Assembly: GCA_964580185.1 (NCBI GenBank)
Contig: CAZOJQ010000002.1
Coordinates: 52,599-116,598 of the forward strand
DNA from: an uncultured Thermotogaceae bacterium
GTDB lineage: Bacteria; Thermotogota; Thermotogae; MWEM01
DNA length: 64,000 bases
Reading direction: 5' to 3'
In this document: positions 48,107-56,141 of the stretch, piece by piece
Layout: each line of letters opens with the position of its first letter
How positions within the stretch are numbered: position 1 is the first letter of the stretch
The notes under the pieces: generated by a model
Seen by the model: the letters and a program-made list of their open reading frames with translations, nothing else
Told to the model about the DNA's origin: nothing
The model's database searches: none
Made by a program: the position numbers and the translations under genes

Positions 48107-48795
48107 TCCAAGATCCCAAGACCGCCCGGAAGGTTATTGCGCAAAGGATCGCTCTGGAGCTTCATGATGGAGATATTGTCAATCTTGGAATCGGAATTCC
48201 CACCTTGGTGGCCAATTTCATTCCCAAAGGGATTCAAGTCCACTTTCAATCAGAAAATGGAATCTTGGGAATGGGGCCCGCCCCAGCGCCCGGGATGGAA
48301 CACCCTCAATTGAACAATGCGGGTGGGATGCCCATTACCTTTTTGCCAGGGGCAGTCGCTTTTGATTCGGCCACTTCCTTCGGATTAATCAGGGGCAGGC
48401 ATGTCGATATCACAGTTTTGGGAGGGCTTGAGGTTGACCAACGAGGGCTTTTGGCCAATTGGATGGTGCCCGGAAAGATGATCCCAGGCATGGGCGGCGC
48501 GATGGATCTGGTGACCGGGGCGAAGAAGGTGATCGTTGCTATGACTCATACAAACAAAGACGGGTCGCCCAAAATCATTCCTGAATGCACGCTGCCTTTG
48601 ACATCGATCCGACCGATCCACCTGATCGTAACCGAAATGGCAGTGATTGCTGTTGAACCCGGAATCGGATTGGTCTTGAAAGAGATTGCCCCGCAGACCA
48701 GCTTGGAAGAGGTTCTGAAAGCTACAACCGCTCAATTGAAGGTGTCCGATTCGTTGACAGTGATGGATGTCCAGCTCTCCAGCGGCCAAGAGTAG
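48103..48795 (+). CDS. scoB: 3-oxoacid CoA-transferase subunit B (ScoB/AtoA-like)
   Basis: Beta-subunit motifs, including the catalytic Glu context (SENG...GMGGAMDLV). ATGA overlap with scoA. Confidence 0.85.
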   Translation: MIQDPKTARKVIAQRIALELHDGDIVNLGIGIPTLVANFIPKGIQVHFQSENGILGMGPAPAPGMEHPQLNNAGGMPITFLPGAVAFDSATSFGLIRGRHVDITVLGGLEVDQRGLLANWMVPGKMIPGMGGAMDLVTGAKKVIVAMTHTNKDGSPKIIPECTLPLTSIRPIHLIVTEMAVIAVEPGIGLVLKEIAPQTSLEEVLKATTAQLKVSDSLTVMDVQLSSGQE

Positions 48796-48835
48796 AAAAA
48801 AGAACCGATTCCTTTTTCTCAGCCATTACGCGGGA

Positions 48836-49768
48836 TCAATCGAAAAAGCGAATAATCCGCCGCGCGATCCACCCGGTCAGAGCAATCGAAGTTGTATGGC
48901 CCATGGGATATCGGACTACATGAGGATTTGGCAGCAATTGAAGGAGATCGTCGGTTGCCTGAGACGGAATGACCCGGTCAAACAACCCCCGGATGAAAAG
49001 AACGGGAGACCGGATCAAAGGGGCAAAAGAGATGGGATCATATTGATAGCACGGAATGGGCGCTTTCTCGAAAATGTCTTCGACCCTCCGAACTTCCCGC
49101 TTGACCCAACCCACGGGATCGGGACGAAATTTGCGGATGCAGGTTTCTTCCGAATCGCACCCATAGGAATTCCCTTTGTTGCTGTATTCCGCGCGCACTT
49201 TGCGCGTATAGGGACAGTGGAAATTGATCCGCCTCCAATTGCCGCCCGTAATAACCAGCGCCCCTTTGCGAAACCGTTGATCCAATCCCATGGTCAGAGT
49301 CCCGATCATGCCACCGAACGAAACCCCCACCAACCATAACCGATCGGAATGAAACCCTTCCAGAGTTTCGATCAAGTCCGCGCTTCGGCGCACATCCTTA
49401 ACAGCCCGGTGGAACCGGACCACACACAGATCGGGTTCCGCTGAATAAAAGGGGTCTCCGCTTTCCATATGAGACGGTTTGCGCTTCTGATGATACGGCA
49501 GGATGACCATCGACGCCCGATACCCTTTCGATGCAAAGAACTTCGGAAACCGCTCAAGAAACCGGATATTCGATCCCCCGATCCCGTGTAAAAAGAGGAT
49601 GTCCCCCAGCAACGGGCGGTTTTTTGGGGAAAAAACCCGAAGAAAGACCCGTTCATTTTCGCGGACCGGGTCTTCATAGTTGGTGGGAAAGACATATTCC
49701 GCGCAATCGGGTTCCTGAGTCACTGAGTATTGGATTGGCTTCTTCTCGTACGTATACAAGTCGGACAA
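48836..49768 (-). CDS. Alpha/beta-hydrolase fold protein (esterase/dienelactone-hydrolase-like)
   Basis: Nucleophile elbow GVSFGG. Predicted Asp/His downstream (RGLFDRVIP, PMGHT). Confidence 0.6.
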   Translation of the reverse strand: MSDLYTYEKKPIQYSVTQEPDCAEYVFPTNYEDPVRENERVFLRVFSPKNRPLLGDILFLHGIGGSNIRFLERFPKFFASKGYRASMVILPYHQKRKPSHMESGDPFYSAEPDLCVVRFHRAVKDVRRSADLIETLEGFHSDRLWLVGVSFGGMIGTLTMGLDQRFRKGALVITGGNWRRINFHCPYTRKVRAEYSNKGNSYGCDSEETCIRKFRPDPVGWVKREVRRVEDIFEKAPIPCYQYDPISFAPLIRSPVLFIRGLFDRVIPSQATDDLLQLLPNPHVVRYPMGHTTSIALTGWIARRIIRFFD

Positions 49769-49889
49769 AAAGGGTGCTCTCCTATTTGAAATTAGAGGAC
49801 CTGTTCCAACCCCTGTGGGTTGAGGAACGCGATTCTTAATTCTTTTGGTTCTTTAGACTTGTTCATTTCGAATGGTCTGCCCAGCGAGT

Positions 49890-49923
49890 GGAAAAAAAGG
49901 CAACCAGAATCAGGTTGCCTTTT
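49890..49923. terminator. Bidirectional intrinsic terminator (GGCAACC-loop-GGTTGCC flanked by A7 / T5)
   Basis: Immediately 3' of tRNA-Asn on the minus strand, and 3' of the preceding region on the plus strand. Confidence 0.6.
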
Positions 49924-49998
49924 TGGCTCCGGCAGAGGGTTTCGAACCCCCAACCCTGCGGTTAACAGCCGCATGCTCTACCGTTGAGCTATGCCGGA
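49924..49998 (-). tRNA. tRNA-Asn (anticodon GUU)
   Basis: Cloverleaf read by hand: UCCGGCA acceptor stem / UGCCGGA + G + CCA. D-arm AGCUCAACGGUAGAGC. Anticodon loop CU-GUU-AA. T-arm GGTTCGAACCC. Encoded CCA. Confidence 0.8.
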
Positions 49999-50080
49999 GT
50001 GGTTACCGATCGTATTGTACCAAATATTTCCCCAAAAATCAAGATATCGGTTTTCTGATTCCTCAGAGAAGGGATTTCTC

Positions 50081-51289
50081 TCAAGCAAACGGTTCTCCGT
50101 CTTCTTTCTCTTTCTCGTTTTCCGACTCGTCATGCGAGTCCATCGGTTCATCTGGTTCGGGGCCTTCTACATCCTTCAGAAAATGGTTGATCTCGTTTTC
50201 GTTGTATTCCAGGATGGTCAGAAGCTCAACAGCTTCTTGCCGGGTGATGATCCCTTGGGTATGGGTTTGAATGATCTTTCGCACCTCTTCGTTGGGTTCG
50301 ACCAACCGTTCAAAAAACCCATTGTCCTTATTGGATGTCTTAATGGGTTCTTGAACGCGCGCTTCTTCTAATGTGTGCACTCTCAGGTCCCCCGAAACCG
50401 TGTTTATCTTCAGAATCCCTTCTTTTCCCGTTCCAAAGACATATTCCGATCTTCCTCCGGCGATCGGGCGTTGGCCTTTGAAGGAAGCGTCCCCTGAAAC
50501 GCTGGTGAATCGAATGGTTCCATTCAACATATGCGCTTGGATGGTTACATCCCCGCTGACGGTTTTGATCGTCCAGCTCGGTTCCAACAGGTCTCCTGTC
50601 TTCAGACCGAAATCTCCGCTAACAGACTGAACCGTCCCGCGATTGCAGCGCGTTTTCGCGGATATATCGCCACTGACAGTAAATAACCGGATTTCCCGCG
50701 GATTTTCCGATCGATCGTCCAGAGAAATATCGCCAGATTTCGAGGTGCACTTCAAATCCTCAAAAGAGACCCGATGCAACCGGACTTCCCCGGAAAAACT
50801 TTCAACCTCAAGTGTTCCTGAGCACAACGCGTCTTCCACCACACAATCCCCGGATTTTGTGGAAAGATGAAGCGATGGAGATTGTGAATCGTTGACCGTG
50901 ATATCGCCGGAAGTGGTCGACAGTTTGAAATGTCGGGATACTCGATAATCAGAGGAACGGAGATTTCCCGAGATCGAGTTGATCTGAACCGTCTCGACTC
51001 CTTTGGGAATCCGGATCAAAGCGCGGTCCAGGGTTCCGCTACTGGTTCCAATCCGAATCCGGCCAACCATGATGCCCACAAAAGTTTCTTTGCTGTCAAA
51101 CCGGATGACCATTCGCTTTCCTTCGCGAACGACTTCCACACTGCCCTTTTCTTCGGATCTCCAATAGGCATCCCACGTGAGATGATCCTCCTCCTCGGGC
51201 AAAGGCAGCAGCTCTATATTTCCATCGATCGAATTGATAACGACTTCGGAAATTCCTTCCAAACTTTCTTTTCCTTGTTCGATAAACAT
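50081..51289 (-). CDS. DUF4097-domain protein (LiaF/YvlB-like putative beta-helical adhesin domain) with acidic C-terminal tail
   Basis: About 9 tandem beta-helix rungs marked by the recurring SGD(I/V/F) motif (TSGDITV, KSGDCVV, FSGEVRL, KSGDISL, VSGDISA, VSGDFGL, VSGDVTI, VSGDASF, VSGDLRV). Cytoplasmic-looking with no signal peptide. Confidence 0.65.
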   Translation of the reverse strand: MFIEQGKESLEGISEVVINSIDGNIELLPLPEEEDHLTWDAYWRSEEKGSVEVVREGKRMVIRFDSKETFVGIMVGRIRIGTSSGTLDRALIRIPKGVETVQINSISGNLRSSDYRVSRHFKLSTTSGDITVNDSQSPSLHLSTKSGDCVVEDALCSGTLEVESFSGEVRLHRVSFEDLKCTSKSGDISLDDRSENPREIRLFTVSGDISAKTRCNRGTVQSVSGDFGLKTGDLLEPSWTIKTVSGDVTIQAHMLNGTIRFTSVSGDASFKGQRPIAGGRSEYVFGTGKEGILKINTVSGDLRVHTLEEARVQEPIKTSNKDNGFFERLVEPNEEVRKIIQTHTQGIITRQEAVELLTILEYNENEINHFLKDVEGPEPDEPMDSHDESENEKEKEDGEPFA

Positions 51290-51293
51290 CTCT

Positions 51294-51524
51294 TCACATC
51301 CCTCCCAACAGACTCATGCCCAAAATGGCAAGAATCCAATTTATGATCGCGTATCCGATGGTCAAAGGGAAAAAGTCAATCACGAGAACCACCGCAAATC
51401 CAACAGCCAAGACAAGATACAGCAAATTCAGATACGGAACCCGGATGGCCAAAAATCGTTTCCCCAAAACCAGCAGGGGGAGGGTTCCGATAATGGCCAG
51501 CGCAATCCGAATCCAGAAAGGCAT
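51294..51524 (-). CDS. Small membrane protein (2 TM), paralog of the next gene
   Basis: 76 aa. Shares an (A/K)(I/R)RFL motif with the 71-aa neighbour. Tightly packed in the operon. Confidence 0.45.
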   Translation of the reverse strand: MPFWIRIALAIIGTLPLLVLGKRFLAIRVPYLNLLYLVLAVGFAVVLVIDFFPLTIGYAIINWILAILGMSLLGGM

Positions 51525-51526
51525 TT

Positions 51527-51742
51527 CTACCGCGCCACCAGTTTTTTCACAAGGACCAGCATCAGCAAGAGCGCGAGCAGGGGCAGGATAAAGGGGATCA
51601 GCACAATAAAGACGATGATCAAAACGATCACAACCCCAATTCCCACAAAACCCGCAATGGATACCCCAAGGATGATGGGCAAAAACCGGATGGCAAGGAT
51701 AAAGAGAAAGATTCCCCCCAAAACAGCCAGGAAATACATCAT
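51527..51742 (-). CDS. Small membrane protein (2 TM, holin-like topology)
   Basis: 71 aa, highly hydrophobic with a basic C-terminus KKLVAR. 4-nt overlap with the upstream gene. Confidence 0.45.
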   Translation of the reverse strand: MMYFLAVLGGIFLFILAIRFLPIILGVSIAGFVGIGVVIVLIIVFIVLIPFILPLLALLLMLVLVKKLVAR

Positions 51743-52122
51743 GATTTTTGTCCTCCTTTCAAAGATCGAAGCATATCCATCGCTTCTTTGGCCGAAATTT
51801 CGTTTCGCTCCAACATGTCCAATATCTTCTGCGACTCCGTTTTTTCGGGAGTTTCTCCAGGTTCGAAACCCATCCCGCGCACCGCTTCTTCCAACCGATT
51901 CCGCGCGGTCGGATAGGATATTTCCAACTCTTTCTGAACCTCCGAAAGATTTCCCCGGTTTTTGATGAAGACCTTCAAAAACAACAGCTGATCCTCTGAA
52001 AGACGAAAAAACTCATCCAGTTCAAACTTCCCCTGGATCTTCGTGCCGCACCGGGTGCAGGTGTATTCGGTAATCATCATCGCTCCCGAGCATGCCGGAC
52101 AATTGGTAAAGGTCTTTCTCAT
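51739..52122 (-). CDS. Zinc-ribbon + HTH protein (DUF2089-like putative regulator)
   Basis: N-terminal CPACSG...CTRCG zinc ribbon. C-terminal helix-turn-helix-like region (NLSEVQKELEISYPTARNRLEEA). Confidence 0.55.
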   Translation of the reverse strand: MRKTFTNCPACSGAMMITEYTCTRCGTKIQGKFELDEFFRLSEDQLLFLKVFIKNRGNLSEVQKELEISYPTARNRLEEAVRGMGFEPGETPEKTESQKILDMLERNEISAKEAMDMLRSLKGGQKS

Positions 52123-52462
52123 CAGTTCACCTCGCTTTCTGCCCCATACGGCAAGATTGATTATCTGTTTATATTATACCACATGGATATCAGAATGTCA
52201 AGTCCAAAATGAAATATATTGATTTTGACATCATACATTTTGAACCAACAATCATATTCTTGGAGGTTGAAATTGAATATTCAGCATCTTGGTGTTGTGC
52301 CCCAATCCATTCTGAGCATCCACACCCTCAGGGCAATCGAGAGTAGAAAGGGTAGATCTCCTTTCTGGATCTGAAAAGAAAGGAATGTTGGAAACATGAT
52401 TGATTAATGGTTTACGGTTGTGATACAATATTGTAGAATCATAGTGAAAAGCGAGGTGGAGC

Positions 52463-54007
52463 ATGAAAAGCATCTGGACCGTCATCCTTCTCCTAGGGGT
52501 TTGTCTGCCGCTATTTGCTAACACTCCTACGGACTCTCCGGGAACACCGTTGAATCAGCAACCCCCTTTGGAAAGCGCGCCTTTCTTCTCGTTGGAAACG
52601 ATTTTTTCCCGCGTGGATACAATAACCCAAGAAATCCACCGACTGGAACGGGAAATCAATAACCTACACAAAGACAACATTTCCTGGTGGCAGGGATATC
52701 TAGGAAATCTGATCGCTATAATGGCTGCAACGATCGCTATTATTGGGATATTAATAACAGTTCTGGTTTCCAAAGGAGAAAAGAAACGGAATGAGGAAAT
52801 AAACCGATCAGTGGATAAAACCGAAAAATTAACCCAAGATTCTCTTCAACGAGTAGATAAGGCAGAGGAGAAAGTCGAAAAAAGCTCAGAAAAGATAGAA
52901 GAATTGTTAAAACAAGCAGAAGATGATACAAAAAAGATTCGGGAATCAAGATTACATTCAACCGCAGAGGACACAAAGGAAAAGATGCAGAAAGAAATAG
53001 AACAAGCCGAAACTCTTCCTAATCTATCTTTCATAGAACAAACAAGGAGAAAAGCCATAGAATACCAACTGAATGGAGATACTGAAGAAGCGTTTTTTAG
53101 TTGGAAGAGATTGCTTTCTGAACCGCTTTCTCCGAAAGACTTGGCAGATACGTACTTCAGTTTAGGCTTCCTAAGCGGCGAACTGAACCATCCGGAAGAA
53201 GAAACGATCCGGTATTATACCAATTGTCTGGAAATAGATCCCAAGCAGGTTTTTGCACTCAACAATCGCGGGATTGCATATGCCAATCAGAAAGAGTACC
53301 AGAAAGCAATCAAAGATTTCACGGAAGCGATCCGTCTCAAACCGGATTACCCTGAAGCCTACCTAAATCTAGGGAAACTTTATGCAGATCAAAAAGAGTA
53401 CGAGCAAGCGATCAAAAACTACACAGAAGCGATCAGACAAAAAAACAATTTTCCTGAAGCCTACAACAGTCGCGGGGTTACGTATGTTAATCAGAGAGAG
53501 TACCAGAAAGCAATCAAAGATTTTACAGAAGCGATCCAGCTCAAACCGGATTTCCCCGAAGCTTACAGTAATCGCGGGAATGTGTACTACAGTTTAAAGG
53601 AGCACATACAAGCGATAAAAGACCATACTAAGGCGATCAGTATCCAACCTGATTATCCTGATGCCTACAATAATCGCGGGAATGCTTTCCTCGAAACTCA
53701 CGAATTTGACTTAGCAGAAAAGGACTATCAGAGGGCGTTGGAGTTGAATCCAAGTTTCGATGTTGCGCATGCGAACTATGGAGAATTCTATCTCCTGAAG
53801 AAGGAATATATCAAAGCGTTGGATTCCTTGAACCAAGCGATAGAGATTAATCCCAGGCGTAGTTGGTTCTATAGCCGTAGGAGCTTGGTGTATAAATATC
53901 TGGGAAAAACCGATAAAGAAAACGAAGATTTGAAGCGCGCTCAGGAGCTTGACCCTGATTGGGAAAAGGATTATCAAGACCTTCGAAAACGCATAGAGTC
54001 CGAATAG
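52463..54007 (+). CDS. TPR-repeat protein with signal peptide, TM helix and coiled-coil; AT-rich
   Basis: Signal peptide MKSIWTVILLLGVCLPLFA, TM LGNLIAIMAATIAIIGILITVLV, and a K/E-rich coiled-coil. At least 8 TPR units with iterated YQKAIKDFTEAI / PEAY..RG motifs. Confidence 0.75.
   Translation: MKSIWTVILLLGVCLPLFANTPTDSPGTPLNQQPPLESAPFFSLETIFSRVDTITQEIHRLEREINNLHKDNISWWQGYLGNLIAIMAATIAIIGILITVLVSKGEKKRNEEINRSVDKTEKLTQDSLQRVDKAEEKVEKSSEKIEELLKQAEDDTKKIRESRLHSTAEDTKEKMQKEIEQAETLPNLSFIEQTRRKAIEYQLNGDTEEAFFSWKRLLSEPLSPKDLADTYFSLGFLSGELNHPEEETIRYYTNCLEIDPKQVFALNNRGIAYANQKEYQKAIKDFTEAIRLKPDYPEAYLNLGKLYADQKEYEQAIKNYTEAIRQKNNFPEAYNSRGVTYVNQREYQKAIKDFTEAIQLKPDFPEAYSNRGNVYYSLKEHIQAIKDHTKAISIQPDYPDAYNNRGNAFLETHEFDLAEKDYQRALELNPSFDVAHANYGEFYLLKKEYIKALDSLNQAIEINPRRSWFYSRRSLVYKYLGKTDKENEDLKRAQELDPDWEKDYQDLRKRIESE
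53270..53640 (+). repeat. Near-identical in-frame DNA repeats (~75-nt units recurring every 204 nt) inside the TPR gene
   Basis: For example 53290-53365 versus 53494-53570: cag/caa aga gag tac cag aaa gca atc aaa gat tt(c/t) ac(g/a) gaa gcg atc c(gt/ag) ctc aaa ccg gat t(a/t)c cc. Confidence 0.6.
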
Positions 54008-54136
54008 ACAGAAGTGCCGGAGGAATGATTCTTCCAGACCCTGCCGGATCTGTTTTTGCCACCAAACGTGGTATAATAGCGAAGAAAACCAACGGGTTTT
54101 CTTGTTGGTTTCGCATTTCTTCCATTGAGGTGGCGC

Positions 54137-56104
54137 ATGGACAAGCCCAGTTTCTACATTACCACACCCATCTACTACGCGAACTCCGATCCACATATCG
54201 GATCGGCCTATACAACGATCATCGGGGATGTGCTTGCCCGGTACAAGCGGTTTATGGGATATCGGGTGTATTATCTCACCGGCACCGACGAGCACGGTCA
54301 GAAGATGCTGGAGACGGCGAAATCCATGGGAATGGATGTTCGGCTTTTTTGTGATCAGCTATCGGAAAAATTCAAAACGCTGTGGAAGGCTTTGGATATC
54401 ACTCATGATGGATTCATCCGGACAACTGAACCGCGGCATGAACGAGTGGTTCAGTATTTTGTGCAGCAGATGCTGGAAAAAGGGGATGTCTATAAAGGGA
54501 CCTATGAAGGATGGTACTGCGTTCCTTGCGAGACCTTTTGCCCAGAGGATGAAATCGAGATTCGAGAGGGTAAGAAGAGTTGTCCGAGCTGTGGGCGAGA
54601 GGTCCGATGGTTGGGCGAAGAAAACTACTTTTTTGCCCTTTCAAAGTATCAACAACCGCTGCTCGATCATTTCCGCGCAAACCCCGGATTTGTGGAACCG
54701 GATTTTCGGGCCAATGAGATGATCCGAGTTTTAGAATCGGGCCTGAAAGACCTGAGCATCACACGCACAACCTTTCAGTGGGGGGTTCCCCTGCTGGAAG
54801 ACCCCAAACACGTGATCTATGTTTGGGTGGACGCCTTGATCAACTATATCTCCGAACTGGAGTATGGACCTGAACCGGGGCCTTTGTTCCACCAGTTTTG
54901 GCCCGCCGATGTCCATCTGATCGGAAAGGAGATCAACCGATTCCATTCCCTTATTTGGCCGGCGATGCTGATGTCGGTTGGATTGCCTCTACCCAAGAAG
55001 ATTTTCGCCCATGGATGGCTAACCGTCAATGGGGAAAAGATCAGCAAATCCGCGGGCAATGCCGTTGATCCTCGGGAATTGATTCCGACCTATGGCAAAG
55101 ACGCGCTGAAATACTATCTACTGCGCGAGATCCAGTTTGGCCGAGATGGGGATTTTTCCGAAGAAAACCTGATCCTGAGAATCAACGCGGACTTGGCCAA
55201 CGATCTGGGCAATCTTGTACACCGGACTCTAGCAATGCTGCATCAAAACTTTGCGGGGACGATTCCTGCTTATGATGAACACCTTGCTCTTTCGGAAGAT
55301 GACCGGCAGCTTCGCGCGGCCTTTGACCGATTGGCCGAAGACTTCCCTCAGAAGATGGAGCGGTATCAGTTTACCCAGGCTTTGGAAGCCTTATGGGGTT
55401 GCGTGGGTTTGTCCAACAAATACATCGACCTGAGCCGCCCGTGGGTCTTGGCCAAAGACCCCAAAGACCGTGGATTGCTGGGGAATGTCCTGATCCACTT
55501 GGCCCAAGCGATTCGGAATGTGGCTCTTTACCTCAAACCCGTCATGCCGGATACTTCGCGGGAGATCTTCCGTCGGTTGGGTGTATCCGAAGACCGATGG
55601 GCATCATCGACATTCCAAGATATCGGATGGGAGCATTCGATGAAAGGGTGGAAGGTTCTAGAAGCCGAGCCCCTCTTTCCACGGATCGATGTCAAAAAGG
55701 CAAAGCGGGTGATTCATATGCATGGCATGCAAAAACCAGCGCCTCAAGAAGATGAGGGTTCGGATCTTCCTGAGGGGCTCATCGAGTTCCAAGATTTTGC
55801 GAAGGTCCAGCTCCATGTAGGGACCATTCTTGAAGCCCAAGCGGTTCCAAAGTCCAGAAAACTGGTCCGCCTCCAGATCGACTTGGGCTCCGTATTGGGA
55901 CAACGGCAGATTGTTGCCGGGATCTTGCAGCATTATACCCCCGACCAATTGCTTGGGAAACAGGTCATTGTTGTAACCAATCTCAAACCCGCATCGCTCA
56001 TGGGTGTTGAATCCCATGGCATGCTTCTGGCAGCCAAGTTTACGGACCAATTGCGATTGCTGACTGTGGAACAAGCCATCGCGCCGGGCGCCACAATATC
56101 CTGA
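54137..56104 (+). CDS. metG: Methionine--tRNA ligase with C-terminal EMAP/tRNA-binding domain
   Basis: HIGH (DPHIGSAYT) and KMSKS (KISKS) motifs, zinc knuckle (CVPCETFCPEDE...CPSCG), and a C-terminal OB-fold domain. Start at MDKPSFY after a GAGGTGG SD. Confidence 0.9.
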   Translation: MDKPSFYITTPIYYANSDPHIGSAYTTIIGDVLARYKRFMGYRVYYLTGTDEHGQKMLETAKSMGMDVRLFCDQLSEKFKTLWKALDITHDGFIRTTEPRHERVVQYFVQQMLEKGDVYKGTYEGWYCVPCETFCPEDEIEIREGKKSCPSCGREVRWLGEENYFFALSKYQQPLLDHFRANPGFVEPDFRANEMIRVLESGLKDLSITRTTFQWGVPLLEDPKHVIYVWVDALINYISELEYGPEPGPLFHQFWPADVHLIGKEINRFHSLIWPAMLMSVGLPLPKKIFAHGWLTVNGEKISKSAGNAVDPRELIPTYGKDALKYYLLREIQFGRDGDFSEENLILRINADLANDLGNLVHRTLAMLHQNFAGTIPAYDEHLALSEDDRQLRAAFDRLAEDFPQKMERYQFTQALEALWGCVGLSNKYIDLSRPWVLAKDPKDRGLLGNVLIHLAQAIRNVALYLKPVMPDTSREIFRRLGVSEDRWASSTFQDIGWEHSMKGWKVLEAEPLFPRIDVKKAKRVIHMHGMQKPAPQEDEGSDLPEGLIEFQDFAKVQLHVGTILEAQAVPKSRKLVRLQIDLGSVLGQRQIVAGILQHYTPDQLLGKQVIVVTNLKPASLMGVESHGMLLAAKFTDQLRLLTVEQAIAPGATIS

Positions 56105-56141
56105 ATGGTGAATCTGAACAGAATCGGAGGCAATCGGAACG

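Noticed and set aside
51294-51742. Prophage lysis cassette (two holin-like small membrane proteins)
   Set aside because: There is no endolysin, terminase, capsid or integrase gene in the vicinity. The genes are embedded in a DUF2089/DUF4097 operon, so they are more likely small membrane regulators than phage holins.
53270-53640. Tandem repeats that might be taken for a CRISPR-like array or VNTR
   Set aside because: They are in-frame TPR units (34-aa periodicity, protein-coding, no spacer/repeat alternation of CRISPR size). Recorded as a coding repeat instead.
54008-54136. T-box riboswitch upstream of metG
   Set aside because: The leader is only ~65 nt from an extended -10 (TGGTATAAT) to the SD. 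It contains one hairpin (AAACCAAC...GTTGGTTT), but that is too short for Stem I, a specifier loop and an antiterminator.
53711-54295. 194-aa minus-strand ORF antisense to the TPR gene end and metG start
   Set aside because: Spans two convergently supported genes and an intergenic promoter. No domain. Likely a chance ORF in an AT-rich region.
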